64,000 nucleotides of DNA from assembly GCA_963666215.2 (NCBI GenBank), contig CAXWPL010000002.1, forward strand, positions 160,001 to 224,000. The letters are read 5' to 3'. The stretch is from Acidobacteriota bacterium. GTDB lineage: Bacteria > Acidobacteriota > UBA890 > WLXD01. Both the position numbers and the translations under genes were made by a program. Under the pieces are notes generated by a model. It did no database searches. It was not told the origin of the DNA and was given only the letters and a program-made list of their open reading frames with translations. Positions 60,960 through 64,000 of this stretch are shown one piece after another; within the stretch, counting starts at the first letter, position 1; the number at the start of each line of letters is the position of its first letter.

Positions 60960-61352
60960 GGTCCGCTGCTGTCTCCGTAGCCGCCCACGGCGTTTGACGC
61001 AGGGGTCGACGTTGCTGGAGTGACCGATTGGCGCGACTGGTGGCGCGATCCGGGTGGTGTGTGGATTGACGGCCGGATGGACTCACCGACCGCGCACCCC
61101 GACTTGTATCGCGACCGCAGTCCAATCGAGCACGTCGATTCGCTGCAGCGCCCGCTGCTGTTGCTGCATGGCAGCGCCGACGGTCCGGTGCCGTGGCTCG
61201 AGAGTCTGAGGCTTATCGACGAGCTCGTGCGAGCGGGCAAGCCGTTCGAATCGATGGTGTACCCCGGCGAGACACACCTTTTTACGCACGAGCACACGTG
61301 GCTCGATGCGTTTCGTCGCGTCGAAGAGTTCTTCGAGCGCCACCTGCGCTAG
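60956..61352 (+). pseudogene. S9 (prolyl oligopeptidase family) remnant: start codons joined out of frame to the C-terminal part
   Basis: AGVTDW, SPIEHV..LQRPLLLLHG..D, YPGETH present; no GxSxG and no propeller domain. Confidence 0.8.
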
Positions 61353-61781
61353 CTGGCCTCACCGCAGGTGGGGTGGCGCTCTTGCAGATCTCCGCCCGAT
61401 CGCCATCGGCGGCTATGAATGGGCCGTCCGCACCGCGTGGTCGACCGCACGATTGCACCTCATTTGAGACGATTGCGCGGGCTGTGCTACCTTTCGCCTT
61501 TGCGACTTTGTATGAAGGCACCCTGGACAAAGCCGAAACTCGGACCGCTCGGTCCTCCTGACCGATCTGCCGATAGTCTTTCCCCCGCGAGCGAGCTGGA
61601 GACTCCGAGCCCCGAGCTCATGACGGTGTTCGGTCCCGCGTGCGAGCCCATGACGAAACGCCTTCGAGCGGCCCTTCGGTGTCGCGTGCCCAGAGTGTCT
61701 GCTTCGTCTCCCTTCTCCACCCTGTCTGCCGTGTCCGCGCTTTATGCGTTGTCCATAGGCCAAGCCCGGTCGGGACCTGAT

Positions 61782-63029
61782 GTGCGCGGTTGGCCGGCCG
61801 CACTGCGGCCGCAGACGATGATGGTCTGCGTCCTCGCGATCGTCGTGGCGGCACTTTCAGTTGGCTCCGGCAGTCCGGCTTTCGCGGCCGCCCTGCAGCA
61901 GGAGCCAGCCCTCACGGTCCGATTGCTGGCGCCCTCATCGACCACCTACGTTTCGGGGCCCACCACGCTCAGCGCGTTGGTCACGCCCGTCGGTGACACC
62001 GCGATCGCACGAGTGACCTTCATCGTGGACAGCGCAACGGTGGCTGTGGTCACCGAGCCACCGTGGGAGGCGACCTGGGACGCCGGCGAGGAATTCGCGC
62101 GCCACCTCATTACCGTGCAGGTGGTCGACGTTACTGGACGTCAGGCCGAAGACACCGTCGTCACGCGCGATCTGGAGACAGCGGTCTTCCGTTCCGAAGT
62201 CTCGGCAGTGGTGTTGAACGTCAGCGCCGTCGACGGTCGTGGCGCTCTGGTTGCCGACCTCACCAAGGAGGATTTCGAGGTCTTCGAGGACGGCAAGAAG
62301 CAGGTGATCACACACTTCTCGCCCGAGCCGCGACCCATGGTGATCGGGCTGTTGCTCGATACTTCGGGGAGCATGCAAGGCGCCAAGATGGAGCGCGCGC
62401 GGCAGGGAGCCGTGGCGTTTCTGGGAGAGCTTGGCGATGAGGACGAGGCGTTCCTGATGACCTTCGATTCCTTTCCCGACCTCAAGCAAGACCTCACGGG
62501 TAACAAGGCACTGCTCCGAGATGCCATCAACGGACTGACCGTCGGCGGCGCGACGTCGCTCAATCTTGCCGTCGTCGACGGCTCTGACATTCTGGTGGAA
62601 CGACCCGAACGACGCGCCCTGATCGTCCTCTCGGACGGCTATGACACCACGCAGACGGTCAGCGTCGACCAGGCGGTTGACTACGCTCGCCGACAGGACG
62701 TTCGCGTGTACACGATCGGCGTGTTCGAATCGCGCCTTGGCGGCGGCGGTGGATCGAACTTTCGCCGCGGCTTTGACACTATCAACCCTGGCGAGAACAG
62801 TCTGCGCTCCTTTGCCGATGGCACGGGAGCCAGCACCATTCTTTTGAATTCCCTTGGAGAGTTGGCCGACGCCTATGCCAAAATCGCCCGCGAGCTCAAG
62901 AGCCAGTACGCGCTGGCGTACCGCCCGTCGAACTTGCCCAAGCCGGGTGAGTGGCACGACATCGAGGTCCGCGCCAAAGGCGCCAAGGAAGTACGAACCA
63001 AGCCAGGATACTTCGGTAGCCAGTACTAG
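61782..63029 (+). CDS. Exported VWA-domain protein with Ig-like domain (start uncertain)
   Basis: DLTKEDFEVFEDG, LLDTSGSM (MIDAS), LSDGYD, ELKSQYALAY. Confidence 0.88.
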   Translation: MRGWPAALRPQTMMVCVLAIVVAALSVGSGSPAFAAALQQEPALTVRLLAPSSTTYVSGPTTLSALVTPVGDTAIARVTFIVDSATVAVVTEPPWEATWDAGEEFARHLITVQVVDVTGRQAEDTVVTRDLETAVFRSEVSAVVLNVSAVDGRGALVADLTKEDFEVFEDGKKQVITHFSPEPRPMVIGLLLDTSGSMQGAKMERARQGAVAFLGELGDEDEAFLMTFDSFPDLKQDLTGNKALLRDAINGLTVGGATSLNLAVVDGSDILVERPERRALIVLSDGYDTTQTVSVDQAVDYARRQDVRVYTIGVFESRLGGGGGSNFRRGFDTINPGENSLRSFADGTGASTILLNSLGELADAYAKIARELKSQYALAYRPSNLPKPGEWHDIEVRAKGAKEVRTKPGYFGSQY

Positions 63030-63057
63030 CCCGGCGAAGCATCAGCTTCCCGAGCCG

Positions 63058-63636
63058 TTGGTTTCGCTCACCGCGGTCGCGAGCCTGACGCTTGCTAGCC
63101 TGCTGGGTCTGGGTATCGGTGCATCGGTTGCTTCCGAGGCTTCGCGGACTTCAGCCGCCGGGCTCACCACCAGCTCGATCCTCCAGGGCTTGACCGTCGA
63201 CGAGCTCCAGAGCCAAGCCGAGCTCGTGGTCAGCGCGCGCGCGTTGCGCTCGCGCACAATCGTGACCAACGGCCGCGTGGAAACCGAGACCGTCGTACGG
63301 GTCGAGCGAGCTTTTGTTGGTGAGGCCGGACGCACGTTGCGGGTGCGAGTTCCCGGGGGTCGCCTGCAGGACGGCCGAGTTGTACGCGTACCGGGCGCGC
63401 CTCAACTGACGCCGGGTGAGCCGGTGTTGCTCTTTCTCAGTCGTTCCGCCTCGAGCGCCGCCTGGACCCCTGTCGGGCTGTTCCAGGGTGTCTGGCGCCT
63501 CGACCCTGCTCATCCGGAGCTTGCGTGGGCCAGCAGCGCCTCGGGCGCCCTGTTGTTGCCTTCATCGGCCGGTGAGGCGGCCGTAGATCGGAGAAGAAGA
63601 TCGCTAGCCCGCCTGCTTGCGGGAGGTGGCCGATGA
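63058..63636 (+). CDS. Hypothetical exported protein
   Basis: Hydrophobic N-terminus; PGG..VPGAP.L.PGE.VLLFL pattern. Start uncertain. Confidence 0.65.
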   Translation: MVSLTAVASLTLASLLGLGIGASVASEASRTSAAGLTTSSILQGLTVDELQSQAELVVSARALRSRTIVTNGRVETETVVRVERAFVGEAGRTLRVRVPGGRLQDGRVVRVPGAPQLTPGEPVLLFLSRSASSAAWTPVGLFQGVWRLDPAHPELAWASSASGALLLPSSAGEAAVDRRRRSLARLLAGGGR

Positions 63637-64000
63637 CGAGGATGAGGAGCGGCGACGACGCTGTGCAAACCGACATCGTGCGAGCCTCAGAGCGCTCAGC
63701 CAGCCCAAGCTGCACGCACGGCTCGCGGATCGCGTGGCGCCTCAGCGTGGGAACCGCCGCGCTGGTGCTCGTGCTACTGACGACGGTGGCTCCCGCGCCG
63801 GCCTATGTGCGAGGCACGATCGACTTCGTCGACGGCGCGCCTGTGTTCTCGCGCTGGTCGACAGATGCGTTTCCACTCGGGTTCCAGGTAACAACCGGGC
63901 TCACCAACGACATCGGTGGAACAGCCGACCGCGACGCGCTTGTTGCGGCGCTGGGAACGTGGACTGCGGCCCCAGACTCCACGGTTTCCCTTTTTCTGGC
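63633..64000 (+). CDS. Exported protein, 5' part (possibly matrixin-like protease)
   Basis: ATGA overlap with the previous gene; open to the window end; signal peptide ending APA-Y. Catalytic motif not within the window. Confidence 0.55.
   Translation, partial: MTRMRSGDDAVQTDIVRASERSASPSCTHGSRIAWRLSVGTAALVLVLLTTVAPAPAYVRGTIDFVDGAPVFSRWSTDAFPLGFQVTTGLTNDIGGTADRDALVAALGTWTAAPDSTVSLFL

Overview
High-GC bacterial chromosomal segment, most consistent with Acidobacteriota. This is an inference from the GWxTD protein, Oar-type TonB receptor and acidobacterial-type VWA protein. It holds a dcw cluster (mraZ to the 5' end of ftsA), htpX, nucleotide-sugar genes, lptD-folC-accD, mtnA-tsaD-lepB, yggT/yggS, an ECF-sigma/IS481 in-frame chimera, rqcH-like NFACT, a lytic transglycosylase, gap-pgk-tpiA-secG-tRNA-Leu, xdhC/mocA/yggX, a ~16 kb nucleoside-scavenging locus with a TonB receptor, a selenocysteine-containing selD and VWA/secreted-protein genes. 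Most notable are: a tRNA-Leu with the rare AAG anticodon; a structured 5' leader with a possible kissing loop ahead of the transglycosylase; a ~155 nt rod-like hairpin inside the dcw operon; a DeoC with a long N-terminal extension; the sigma-transposase fusion; and several deletions and frameshifts that are either decay or assembly error. No CRISPR array, rRNA or prophage was seen.
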